The notes under the pieces are model-generated. The model was not told where the DNA came from. It saw nothing but the letters and a program-made list of their open reading frames with translations, and did no database searches. Made by a program: the position numbers and the translations under genes. This document shows positions 36,950-50,174 of a stretch of DNA of 64,000 bases, one piece after another. How positions within the stretch are numbered: position 1 is the stretch's first letter; every line of letters begins with the position of its first letter. Origin of the DNA: Klebsormidium nitens (Eukaryota; Plantae; Klebsormidiophyceae); the NCBI GenBank assembly GCA_000708835.1, contig DF237435.1:1-64000 (forward strand), given 5' to 3'.

Positions 36950-38616
36950 TCATTGCGGCATCTTGAGGGCATCGTAGCCAGGCAAGCTTTCCTCCCCGGG
37001 GACGTGCTCCAGATCCAGCACCCCTGCCGGTGCCATGAAGGGCACAATCCTGAAGAGGAGCTCGGGCGGCAGCCCTGCAAGGCTCACGCCCAGCGGGTTG
37101 CTCTCCTTGCGCATCCGCTTGGCTGCCAGCCTCGCTGACCGGCGGAGCGAGGGCGCACCCTGCAAAAGGCCAGTTGGCTTTGAAAGATGGACATAGCAGA
37201 TTGTGCTCAGCATTCATCACCATTCCGTTCAGAAGACCGTTCAGTAGACAATGTCAACGCTTGAGTGGCTGCAGGAACTCACTCGAAAGCAAAGCAATTT
37301 TGCCTTCAGCTGTCGAATGAAGGGGAGTTTGAGCAGTTGAGAAGGTCTTGCAGTCCACAGTAGAGACCCCTGATGATGTGGGCCTCTGCCTTCAGACAGG
37401 CTTGCATATCTGCCACCGATTGTCACAAGACTAGACTGTTGCAAACGATATAGCTGATACTGGCGGCCAATGTTTGGGAGGTCATGTTGACTATCGCAGC
37501 ATCATCAAATGCCACTCACCTGTGGTTGTGGTTGCTGGCTCCACGCACGGTTGTGAGCAAGTAGGAGTGTCCGAACCGTGCTCTTGAACGAGGAGGGGTA
37601 CCGACTGTGTGTTCCTTGCGACCAGGGCAGACTGGCCGGTTCTTGGATGTCGACCTTCTGGGGAGCCGAACCTGTGGGAATGTGGACCTGGCAAAAGGCG
37701 ATAGAGCCACAGGGTGAGGTGACAACTAGAGAAGGCTCCCAAATCTTCTGATAAAAGCGTGTCAGATACTGGCAGACGTTGACAGAAAGTAAACTTTTCT
37801 TTCAAGGCAGCTTCATGGCCAGATTGATACTGAGGGATTAGACCCTGCAAGCGATGTGGTCCTCCGAGACAGGAGCACAATTAAATAGAAAACCAATCCA
37901 ATGTTGATGACACGACACGCAAGGCAAGCACAGGCGTGCATGGTGTCTCCAATGACAATAAGTCAGTGAAAGCTGCGACCAAAATTAAGGGCATTGGGAG
38001 CGAATGCAAGGCTCACCAGTCGCTTGTCAATTGCGAGCAGCTCTCCTGTGGTGAACTTGCATGCTATCCAGGGATGTGACTCAAATGTGTGCTGCCAGTA
38101 GGACTTGCTTTGAGGCTTCAGATTGTGATATAAGATCTGCAGAAGGTGGCGACCAGCTAAGTCACAATATTTTCTTACTTTCTCAGATGATGCCGCTGAA
38201 GGAGGTCACATGAGCTGGTTAGCCTTTTTGAAGTTATGCAACTTCATGAGCATGATTTTGTTCATGAAGAATCATTTGAGCACAATGCAAAATATGTCCA
38301 AATCAAAGCAATGAACGAAATGAGCACGATTGATTGTCAGACTTCGGACGCTCACTTGGCTGCAGCTATAATTATATGGTGCTTAACAAAAAAGTATCAT
38401 CCAGTCTGCAGGAATTTGACGTAATCTGCTCACCTTCTCTCCCCCGTAGTTTAGCCAGAAAATGCTCACGTAGTCCTTTGTCATGTTTGTGAATCTCACC
38501 CATGCAGTGACCTTTGAACGCAAGGATTTGATCGTCAGAATGGCCTCAGCATCACTGCTTGAGGCAGCCATTGGAGTTCCGCCCTGCATTGTGCTGTCTT
38601 GATGCTCACCCTCCAT
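36950..38616 (-). CDS. von Hippel-Lindau beta-domain protein with a C-terminal F-box-like motif
   Basis: Phase-0 exons 38616-38434, 38136-38017, 37687-37520, 37159-36950. VHL-beta-like segment IKSLRS..VRFTN..VSIFWLNYGG..YHNLKP..QHTFESHPW. C-terminal WSQGTHSRYPSSFKSTVRTLLL and SLAGLPPELLFRIVPFM. Confidence 0.8.
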
Positions 38617-39573
38617 TTTTGACTGTGCTCGTCAGAGAGGTGAAGTGGAGGGCCGGACTGACCGTAAGCAGCTATTGCAAAGTCTTGACAGGGCACATTC
38701 ACGAGCGACGTTTGCTTGCGAGCTGCAGTCAGCAGCCGTGTAAATGTAGCATGTGCTGTAAGGCCTTGGAGCAGGTCTGCATAGGAGCGCCAGGCAGCGG
38801 CAACATTCTAGGACTCGTCGATCAGGTACATGTTTCTGAGATTTCGAGACAGCCAGAAAAGGCAGACTCCCCTGAGGCTGCAGTGTGACGTGATTGGAAT
38901 GACAGGCAGCCCTGTGAGGACCAGTATCCGTTTGCGCAAACTGTGCTCCAGCTAAATATCAAAAAGCAGCTCCTGACACCTGCTACTATTGCAAGCTGAC
39001 CAGGAGTGGCGCCCTTGCTGCGCGGCCCCTTTTCGCGTCCCTTTTCAATCCATGTGGAACGCTCTGCGATTTGATGTCATTGTAAGCTAGCTCTGCTCTG
39101 CCACTTGCTTTGAAGGTCATGAAGTTGTGCCACCCAGCGCCTTCCAGGGATCCCCCTTGCCAAGATTTTAGTGGACGACTATCACTAGACGAGAGTGAAC
39201 AACTTAGAGCATCTTTTAGCCGTCGATGTAAATGGATATCACTTTGGGCGGCTTAAAATGGAACGTATTGGAAGCGCTTCTGAAAAAATGTTGCGTATAA
39301 GTTACGACATGCCGTATTTGCGGAGTGCCCAGCCTGGGGCCCACCTGTACATGTCGCCACTACTGCGCCAGCTAGCGCTGCTGCAGCCTGCATATTGCCA
39401 TTGGTCATTGCATGATCCAAAGCTAGCGAGAGCATTTCAAAAGCTTCAGCTTTCAGACATTGTGTGCAAGTTTTTTTGGGCGCGCCTCAAAAGTAAAGAG
39501 TTATTACATTGCAGCCTGCCAATTTTTACGCCTGCGTGTCCACCTTCGCCTGAAAGCACAAAATTGCAAAAAG

Positions 39574-41097
39574 ATGGACTCCATCCAGAATGAGTTGGTG
39601 AAGCGGTTTGCCAAAAACAAGCTGCAGGAGTTAATGGGAGGGGGGCAGGCGTCCTCCAAGCATGATGCTCAGAGCATGGTGAGCAATGCTTGTACGAAGA
39701 TGAACTGGCTTTATCATTCTTTGGATGACAAGACAAATGTCAGATTGCTGGGCTTATGATTCTTCACTTGCATGCATGGACTCCAGAGTTCTGTGTCAGC
39801 TTCAGTATGCATGACCAACGAGGAATCCACAGGCTAAGAATGAAGAGGTGACCCCATCGCTAGAGGGTTTTCATCCCACGTGCTATATAGCATTTGTAAC
39901 GTTGTTGTAAAGCTCAATTGAAACAGGTTATCTGTAACAGGCCAGATGTTTAAACGATTGAGGGGCAGTACTCTATGAGCTGATTTGGTTGCTCAAGTAA
40001 TCAGTTCGTTGCTAAGAAGCCTGTTGCATGTCCCAGGTGATTGACATGGTCAAGTCCCAGTTTGGGCTCGGACATGACGATGCCAAGAAAGTCACTCACG
40101 AGGTAAGACAGCAGCGTCCGCATGAAACATGCATGCAGACGTTCTGTGTTGCACTTCTCTCTTCATGCTGCAGTTGACAAACCATCTTGGGCAAAAAGGG
40201 CATTGCTAACCTGCAGTGTTTGTGAGGGGCTCTCAACTCTTCCTGGTGCACCTCACTTTGCATTCTGGATGACAGATACAACAGCAAACTGGTTCATGTC
40301 GCTGTTCAATGCTTTGAATTTGGACGCTTCGTGTTCTCAGATTACAACTTAGTCAATTCTTCTTGATTGCAGATGACAGGTCCAGCAGAGGAGGAGTCTG
40401 GAGGATTTGGCGGAATGATGGGAAAGGCAGCTAACTTCCTTGGGGGTGGGGATGAGAAGCATCAGATGCAAGGTGGGGCCGGCTATGGCAATCAGATGGG
40501 CGGGGAGTCCTATGGGCAGGGTGGCTTCGGAGGCGGCGGCTACGGAGGCGGCCAGCAGGGAGGGGACATGATGGGACAGGCGGAGCGGCTGGCAATGCAG
40601 GCACTTGGAGGGGGGCAGGGCGGCAACCAAGTAAGGGTCTCTTTCACTGATCTCCTGACCTTGGGTTCCGATGATTTTTAAAACGGTCTGGACAGCCAAA
40701 AGCCAGCTCAGGCAGATTCGTTCAAACTGCTGAGGTGGCTTGACGTCACCAACCGGTGCTTGCATCATGTATCTACTGTTGACCACATGTCAACATTTTG
40801 AATCTGGTCAGCGAGCCTAGACCAAGTCATAAGCCACTGTGTATTCTATTGAGGGAAATAGTTGATTCAAAGGGTGGCTGCCTTGAAAGTCCCGACCATC
40901 TGACGCAATGATCTCGTAGCTGATTACAGGTTGTGGGAATGCTCATGGACAAGTTCGGGTTGGACCATGGTAGTGCGCGGGAAGTCGTCAACAGACAGCA
41001 GGGGAACATGGACGGAGCTGCAGGGGGAGGGAGTGGGGCTATGGGCGGATTCGCGGAGAAAGCAGAGGGCTTCTTGGAGAGGATGACAGGACAGTAG
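39574..41097 (+). CDS. Small Gly/Met/Gln-rich protein with two internal repeats, function unknown
   Basis: Four phase-0 exons with good splice sites: 39574-39678, 40037-40102, 40373-40630, 40930-41097 (198 aa). Repeat units VIDMVKSQFGLGHDDAKKV and VVGMLMDKFGLDHGSAREV flank a GGY/GGF-rich linker. Confidence 0.75.
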
Positions 41098-42584
41098 GCA
41101 TGCTGATGGTTTCTGGGACAGACTCGGAGGACACTTGCACGCAGTAGGTTAGAGTAGATGGACGTCGCTTAGAGTTCCTTTTGATTTTGAACACCACGCG
41201 GGTCGTGAATAAACTTACCACAGACCAGTGTCGAACGAGTCATTCGTTGAATGTGAGGGATCGTTTTATCACTAGCCTTAAGAGCCATGCATATGATCCT
41301 TGACTGATGCTTGATTTGGATGGCACCGACAGTCAAATCTTCAATGTGGAATTATCAGTACTGAGGCGGTTCTGGCCTAGAAAGCCTCGTACGTACATGC
41401 GGAATATATCCATGCCATGCCGATGGCGATGAAATACAATTAACTAAGTTCAATGAGCTCGGGCAGATCGTTAATTTAACAATTGAAGTACGTCTATAGA
41501 GCTTACATGGTAGCTTGATATGTTTCGAATCATTATGATTGTGTACCCCATGCAATGATGCACGATTCAGTGCATGCGTTGCAATCTGTGGGTTGAGTCC
41601 ATTGAATCAAATGAGTCCGCCCATGCATGAGGGTGGCAGAGCTAGCTAGTCGGCCGCGGCCGGATGCAACCCACGTGTATGTACATATATACAACGCGGC
41701 CAGCGCTTAAGTATATATACTGGCCGGCGGGGCGGCCTGCCCGCGCCACTATATTTAGCGGCACCCGCGTGCAATTACCATTGACATATATCGAGTCCGA
41801 TCCGGTGACAAGTACGTGCCAGTCTCCATTAATTAAGCCCATCACTGTAGAGTTGTGTACCAACATAGTGCATGAGTTCACTGAGGGCCACGAGCTAGGG
41901 ACGAGTCATGTACAAATGAAGGGATATATTTATGAGGCCCCACAGTCGAGCGGTCCGCGCGGCCCGCAAGCTGAAATCTTGTCATGCATGCATGTACAAT
42001 CACTGTTAATTCAATAATACCTAATTACATATGATAGGCAATTGTTGCATGCCATGGCCCTAGTTACTTGTCATCGAAATCAGTGCAAATGAGCATTGGG
42101 CCCGCAGCACTGACTGCCACGTGTAGGATTCAAGGATCGCAATCTTTATCGATATTATAAATGCCTCGACTTTGATGTAACCGCGAGCAATCCAGGCATG
42201 TAGGACGCTTATCAATCCATCTATGGAGGGTGCTCAAAACCTCACTCTCGACACTACAACACGTGCTACTAGGCTAGGCTGCTACCTGGTCTTCTTGACA
42301 CTGAACCACTAGGTGGCCCTACACGGCGCACAGATCAGCTATCCAGATCGGACTTACCAACAACTCCCGGTCTACCATTTAAAAAGAACGTCTATGATTA
42401 TTGCGACCTCCCACGGGCAGGTGGCGTGCATTCGTAAGGAGCAAATGGTGCTCGACGGAAACACAACAACTAAGTTATGTACAGACTGGGCGTATCGAGG
42501 CAGCTAAACAGACTGCAAGGCGAGAGCCCTTGTGCAAAGGGCGGCCTGGGAGCGCCCCCTTCCGAGGGCTGGCGTCAATGGACC

Positions 42585-45500
42585 TCAGTTCCACCTCTTG
42601 GCGTTCTTCTTCGCCTTGCCCTGCCCTGCGCTGATCTTCTGCGCCTTTTCCTTCTTGGCCGCCTCCTTTTGCTTTTTCTGCACCTCTCGCTCAGCCTGCA
42701 GTGGAAAAATGCATAACCTCGTCGGTTTTCCACAGAGTTTCTCAGAGACTTCTCACGCCTGATAACGAATCCTTACATTCTACGATGAAAGCGTCGAAAT
42801 GACTCCGGAAAGGGCCTGGCAGAAATTTCATTCCCCAATCGTCAGCACACTTTGAAGAAAGTCGACCAATCACGGCAGGCCCGAGACGATCGACCCTGAA
42901 CCAATCCGCTGCAACTTCCAACCGACGTATCTCGACAGGGGCATGCCGAGCAACCAGAATCCAGGTTCTAAGAAATGGCAAGTGACTCACCCGGGTCATC
43001 TTGGACTGCGACTTGATTTTCGGCGCTGCGGCCTCGAGCTCGGCCTCCCGCTCTAGTTCCTTGCGGCGCGCCTCCAGGTTCTGCTCCAGGTAGTAGTTGT
43101 AGTCGCCCACGTAGTCCGCCAGCTTGCGCCCCTTGATCTCCACCACCCGGTTCACGATCTGCCGCAAAAAGTACCTGGGAACAACTGCCACGTGTCAGCA
43201 CTTCGACAGTTCATACGCATAAGGGACGACAAACGGGACACATTCTCTTTCTCGTTCCATGGACTCCTGCACAGTGGCTGAAAGCACTTGTGTGGGTAAA
43301 GCTGAGAATGATAGGGTCGGGCGTCATTCAAGAACAGCTTTAAGGAGGAGGAAGGACGCATAAGGAGCCCCTGACATCCAGGTTAAGAATCGCTCCGAGG
43401 AAAAACCCCGCCAGAAGCTTGAACTAGGTTGCTTTCTCAAAGAGGGAGGGAATTATTCATCAAAAGTCGTCGAGACGGACAAAACCTCCACCGCCTCTTA
43501 CCAAACTTTCGTCAAAAGCACGTTTCCGCTGTAGCATTCCTGTACTAGGAGTTGCCGCCGTGGATTGGAACGAACCGCAAGGATATAAGGAAAGGTCAGG
43601 TCAATCAGCGACAATTTCGCCTTTCCGCCTGGAACGGCAAAGAAGCGCGCCGAGAAGCACAAGTCAAGAGGATGCTTGCCTCACAGCTCGCCGTCGAAAG
43701 TAAAGAATGTGTACGTCACATACATGAAAGTTTGACCTTGCAAGCAAAGCTCGAACCTCCAGTCGAACCATCTAATCGCTCCAAACAGATTAAGCCCATG
43801 TATTGAAGATTCAAAAGAGACAAATTGCGCGTGTCCTTGCCATGGCTCAAACGGCTCTCACCTATCGTGAGACACGGCAATGACCGTTCCTTCGAACGCC
43901 CGCAGTGCATCTTCCAGCACTTCCTTGCTCGGAATGTCCAGATGGTTGGTCGGCTCGTCGAAAACTGCACCAGAAGAATGCCGCTTAGACTGGCATGCCT
44001 AAGCTAGCAAAAAGAACAGTGAGGGTCACCCTTCCTAGAAGGTCAAATGCAGCATGCAGGTTCTTGGGGCACAACCCAAAACTGGACCATGGTCTCACCC
44101 CAAAACGCAGCCGACATTCGGATGCTATGCCAACATATGTGGGCATTTTGTCCACGTTCCAAAAACTGCCAGAAGCGGTAGAGTTTGTCAAGGCACGCAC
44201 AGCTGAAGTCCTCAACTGACGAAACACTGAGAGCGCTTTCAAGCTTCCACTCGGGATCTGATACCAACCGATTGCTCCACAGACCTCTTCCCGAACCAAA
44301 TAAGCACTTCTCGGAAAGTGTTTTGAGTAGCAGTCGTGAATCTACGGATTCTACCCGCATATTGGCTGAACGTAACTGCGTATTCATCCATCGACATCTA
44401 ATACACACAAATCCCCAAGCTGATTGTAAAAGGCCAGACCCAGTCAACAATGGTGGTGATGAAAAGCCAATGTCTGTCACCTCTTATTTACAGTACTCTA
44501 TCCTCCGGACGAGCACATATTTAAACCGTTCGCAGACATGCCATCTTTAAGCGGTCCTCACAACCAGACCCCGAGGCCCCATCCAAGCGTTCCACCCCTG
44601 ATCCTAAAAGCAAATCCCAGAACTTGTCGAAGTCAGAAAGTCCTTCCTCAACGAGGATAACCGATGCTTTGTGCCTCCTTACTTAGCACGGTGGCAGGCG
44701 TGACCATAAACTTTGCGAGCGCGACACGCGCCTTCTCCCCCCCGCTCAAGAACTCGACCTTCTTGTGGATGGTGTCGCCCTTAAAGTACAGCTTCCCCAG
44801 CAGGCCCTTGATCTCGTTCAGCTTCCAGTCTGTCGCGGCATCCACTACGGTCTGCAGCACCGTTTTGTCCAAATCCAGCGCCTCCGCCTGGAACCCATGG
44901 TTAACGAGGGTTAGCAATCAACAGGAATTGAGTTCGCACCTGCCAAGGGTTGAACTTCTTGCGTTTTCCAGCAGTTGGAACAGAATTTGTTCTTCTTCTT
45001 GCATGACGGTGTTTAGAAACAAACCCCCTCTAGGCAAGCGAGGAACTGACTACAGGCTAACACTTGAAACAAGAAGGATGGTATCTCTGTCATTTCTGCA
45101 TACTACGGTGAACATACCACATTGGAAATGACCAGCAAACCCAACATAGAAGGTGCCGCCTGTAAGAACCAGCTATATTCAGTCCCTCATTGGCCCCTGT
45201 TGCTCCCTCCATTGACTTACATGATTTGAACCTCAAGGTGCCCTCCCTCACCCATAACTTCCTGTAGCAACTCTCCAATGCCTTACCCTAACATCCCTTT
45301 TCAACTCTTTAAAGTCATACCAAGATTATACTTGCTCCCTGCTTGTGTCCAGGCAGTAGTGCGGTTCCCATCCCTACCTCCACCAGGACACCTCAGGCCC
45401 TGACTGACACCCACGCTCAATCTCAACATCACCTAGCTTGCTGTCCCCCCGCTCCCGATCATACCCTCTAAACCCCCTGCTTTGACCCTTAACATCTGTC

Positions 45501-48500
45501 CTGTCACCCATATCTGTCGTGTCACCCCTCGAATAACCCTTTTGACCTCACCTGGGCCTGCTCATCGCTAACCAGGCGTCACTAATTGCTTTATCAATTC
45601 CACCTTGACCATCTCAAGCCGCCAGAAACCCCAAACCACTGGCTAACCCTGGCTAAACCTTACCTGATTTTGCTCAAAGTAGTTGGGCAGCACGCGATGG
45701 CCCCCCAGGATGATCTCCCCCGCCTGCGGCTGCTCCCGCCCGAGCAGCAACCGCAGCAGCGTGCTCTTGCCGGACCCGTTGGGACCGATGAACGCAAGCT
45801 TCTCACCACGCTCAATCTGGAGTGACGCCTTATCAAACAAGAGCTGCACAAACAAAAGCGCTCGTTGTCAGGAAGTGACTTCGCCATGAGACTAAGAGGC
45901 CACAGCAGATGATGATGTACATGTGACTCAGGCATAAACCTAGAAACTGGACAATCTAGCACTACCAACAACCATGAGAGGAAGGCAATGTCCCTTGAAA
46001 AACATCCAAGAACGACTTTCTCACGTTCCAAGAATTCACCATCATGACACCTTCTTTATCGACTTAACCTACTGTACCAGCAGACCTAACCTGCATACTG
46101 TTGCCAATACTACAAACCGGCACAGATCTGGTTAAAATGGTTGGGCGACATTTGACTCGCATGCGTCGCCCCTTGAGTGGAAGCACTAGAGAACAAATCG
46201 ACAAAATCCAATAATCCACTCGGAGGCCTGGTCATCTGGCATACTCGAAGACCCTGGAGTGGCTTACCTTGTCCCCGTACCCGTGCGTCAGATTTTCGAT
46301 TGTGAAGACCTCCCGTCCACTCCGCTCCGTCTCAGGGAACCGGAACGGAATCACCTTCCGGTTGAACGGCTTCTCAATCAACTGCTCTGTCTTCAGCTTC
46401 TCGAGCATCTGCACCAAGTTTCGACATGTCAGCCGATAAGAACCACCATCAGATACCGCACACTGATTCTATATCCAGCCCTGGCCTGCGCTTTCCCCTT
46501 TCTTAGATGTGACCACTATCCATTGCCCAACGAATACCTTATTGCAAACTAGCACTCCCTACGACAAATTGAAAATCTTCTACAAGCGACTTGCACCTCA
46601 AAACTTGGATATGTGCAGAGGACCCCGAAAAAGAAACTGACACCTGCCCAGAACTGACAACGCCCCACTGTCCCACGTGCAGACCAATGGAAGACGTTCT
46701 GCAGTGGCCCCAGAAGTCTCTAATCAGACTTGCAGACAAGAAACAAACCCTCTACCTAGATACCAAGGACTCTGGTCCAGTTCTCTCTTGGCTCCACTTC
46801 TCTTTCCAATCGAATCAAAGTTAGCCCTAATTCTAACTTGCAAACCCCAATCCAAACACTATATCTACCCCAGGTCTTGCCCCCCCACCTTCTCCGCCAT
46901 GGACGCCCGCCCCGTATTGGCTCCCCCCGCCAGCCTGTCAATGATCTCCTGCTGCCGCTCAATCTCCTTCTGCTGCTTCTCCCACGCCATGAGCTGCGCT
47001 TCATAGTCCGCCGCCTTCTGCCCCACATACTCGCTGTAGTTTCCCGGGAATGTCTTTGCTACCCCCATGTCGGTCTCCACAATCTTGGTGCTCAGCTGGT
47101 CCAGGAACGCTCGGTCATGAGACACGATGACCATCGGCACGTCCTGCTGCTTCAGGTACTTTTCGAGCCACTCGATCGTGTCAAGGTCCAAGTGATTGGT
47201 CGGCTCATCTGTTCAAAGAGATTCTTACGTTAGTGGACGATCAGACCTGATTGGTCAGCCAATTTTATGCAAATAATCGTAGTGGAAGGGGGCTCGGAAC
47301 TCTGAATCTTGGGGGTTTGCAGTAAGAATGGCTTTTCTTTTTCCTGAAGAACGCCTTGGCGTCACTCCAAGCAGGTCAAAGGGCGCACAGAATAGAAGAG
47401 GCTACAGCCTCACTTGTTGGGACAACTCAAGCTTGAAAAGCTTGAAGAAGTTCGTCGAAGGGCTCAGGCGGTGCTTGGGCGGTGCTTGCGGCAGAATTAC
47501 ACGAAATCCTGACTCTTAAGTCTGGCTCTCAGGAATTCAGTCCATAACAAAGGGCGTTGCAAGAAGGCTGGTATGGTAAGTCAAGAAGAGATGGGTAGGA
47601 AAAGCAATATACGGGGAGCAATGCTGCTAAACCTAGGAGAACATGAAAACAAACCCAACAAGCAGAGACAATAAGCTACAAGAAAAGGCACTGAGGCTGA
47701 ACAGCTGATTGGACAACCCCCTCTCAAGAGACCCCCAGAACCACTCTAACACCCTATGCACAAAAAAGCACACAAAGACATGGACAACCCTGCTTGAGCC
47801 AACAGAGTCTGCAAAACCCTATGTTTGAAAGAACCTCATTCTACGTGAACTCCAAAAGTGGTGACCGCTTGAGTATGCTCGCAGCAGCAAAGGGGAAGAG
47901 ATATAAGGGTTGAAAGACTTTACCTAGCAGCAAGAGGTCGGGGTCCTGCAGCAGAATCTTCCCAAGGCTCATCCGCATCTGCCACCCGCCGCTGTAGCTC
48001 GCCACCAGCCGGTCATTGTCCTCCGGCGTGAACCCTAGCTCCGGCATCATCTTATCTATCTTTGCGTCGATCGAGTACAAGTCCACCGTCTGCGCCCTCC
48101 GCTGGTACAAGTCCAACTCATCCAGCAGCGCCGACATTCTATCCATGTCATCGGTAGCCTTCTCCAGCTCCTGGTTGATCCACTCGATCCGCTGCTTCAC
48201 CTCCATCTGCTCCTCAAACGCACTCATAAACTCCTCTCGAACCGTCCTCGTTGGAACCACGGTAAATTCCTGGGTCAGGAAAGATATCTTCATGTCCTCC
48301 TTGGCTTTCATAACCACGCCCTCGTCTGGTTCCTCCTCCCCCACTATAATCCGCAGCTGCGTCGTCTTGCCTGCCCCGTTCACACCGACCAGCCCCACCC
48401 GTTCGCCCTTGGTCACCTCCCACGTGACGTTCTTCAACAGCTGATGATTCTTGTATGTTTTAGAAATGCCCTCCAAACGCACCCCCGAGCTCACACTCGA

Positions 48501-48857
48501 CGCCCCCCGCATATCCCCGCCTCTCTTCTTTCCCCGCCGCGGCTCGTCCGCAACCGACAGGCCCAGGTCTACGTCCACCGTTTCGTGCACTGCCGCAACC
48601 ATGACCACTGCTTCCCTCCGTACGCCCCTTGCCTTTGCAGGCAACCGTGCGCAGGAAACTCTATGTTGTCCTGTCAGAAAGGAAGTATTTGCGCCCGAAG
48701 TAGACGCAACTTGCAAGATGTCAGGACGATGTGAAACCATGGCAGCTGAAGAAGGCCGTCTGGGTTCGAAGGAAGAAACGGTTTGTGAGGAGGTAAGGGA
48801 CATAGCGGCCATGCCGGCCGCACACCGGCCTGCTTCTGCCAGCGCCATTGCTCCCAT
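42585..48857 (-). CDS. ABCF5: ABC-F family protein, plastid ABCF5-like (EttA/YfmR-related)
   Basis: Exons 48857-47924, 47208-46889, 46408-46268, 45843-45664, 44887-44683, 43964-43862, 43174-42991, 42695-42585. Two NBDs (GVNGAGKT / YSGGWQMR / DEPTNHLD and GPNGSGKS / LSGGEKAR / DEPTNHLD), no TM segments, transit-peptide-like N-terminus, C-terminus KNAKRWN as in plant ABCF5. Confidence 0.95.
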
Positions 48858-50174
48858 TAATGGGCAAAATACCTTTCTGAAAATGTAAGAGCCTCCCTAG
48901 TACAATGCTGGCGCTGCCTTTACCAACCAAGCACTTGCAGCGCAGAGAAACTCAGAAAGGAAAAGGGAAAAGGGCCTACAGGACCACACGATTCACAGTT
49001 CTGACACTGACATCAGTCGCCCTGAGTTCAAACAGACAAGGTATGAACATTGAAAGCTTCGCCATCATTGACTCTGAGTAGAATCTTCCTAAGGCATTGA
49101 TATTTGACGCTGCCATCACCATCCTGTGGCTCACGGCGGGCCACGGAGCCCAGTTCTACCGTGTCAGGGGATCGCTCAAAAATCGTTGCTCAACTCGCGC
49201 CTCCGTCATCGTCCACGCATTTGTATCGACGGCTTCAAATAGATTTAATACAAGAGACGATCACCAGATCCCAAAGAATTATGAGAGTTCAAAGTTCAGA
49301 CTTGGAAGCTTGAAGCTTCAGAGGGCTACACAGCATCGCATATGAGTTACTAACTAGTGCGGTATCTAAGACAGCTTGACAGCGAACTCGGTACCTATCT
49401 GTGACAGCTTGAAAGGCGAGTCGGCCGGGGGGCCCAGGTTTTCCACGCATGGAGCCCAACGAAACACCTATGCTGCAGGGTGTCATTCGAGCATGGCACT
49501 CCTTTGCAGAATGCTCATGCAGTCGGAAACTCAAAACGGATCCAATACGTGGCTTGGATCTTCCCGGAAACCCCACTAACTAAGATTCTGCACGACATGC
49601 GCTTCAATGAGTGACCGAGTATGAATAATGTAATTCGACCATCGGTAGGCTTGGACTCATACTATGTTCTACCGCGGCATATGGGTACTTTGGACCCAGA
49701 ACAGATGCATTGCCCGGCATTAAACTGAGCCGCCGCAAGAAGCTTCTTTCAATTGCACATCCTACGGTGGAACATTGACTGCATGACCGTAAAACTAATG
49801 CGACGAGCCTGCTATAAAGGATATAAGCCGATTGCGAAGTGCAACTGTGGAACGAATGGGATCCTGATATTTTCAAGTAACAATCAGGCAAGGGTGCACG
49901 TACTCTATGCACACTCTGCATGAGCAATGGTTTGCACAGAAACTGCTAAGCACAAGAGCTGCAGACTGAACATTAGACTTCGTACCTTCCCACCAAACCT
50001 TGTTGGTAGCGCAACAAAGATTGCGGTTGGAAAAACCAAAGAATGAATCCTCCAGATTCCGACTACTGTAACCAACCACTTCGATTGTATTTGCAATTGA
50101 CTAGCAGTAACCACTATGCTCATCGATTAGCGGAATGTCCACAATACCAAGCTGAACTGTTGTATATACATGCG

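Noticed and set aside
37280-37410. Additional exon in the VHL gene
   Set aside because: Exon 3 (phase 0) joins exon 4 directly in frame, so this segment is not required.
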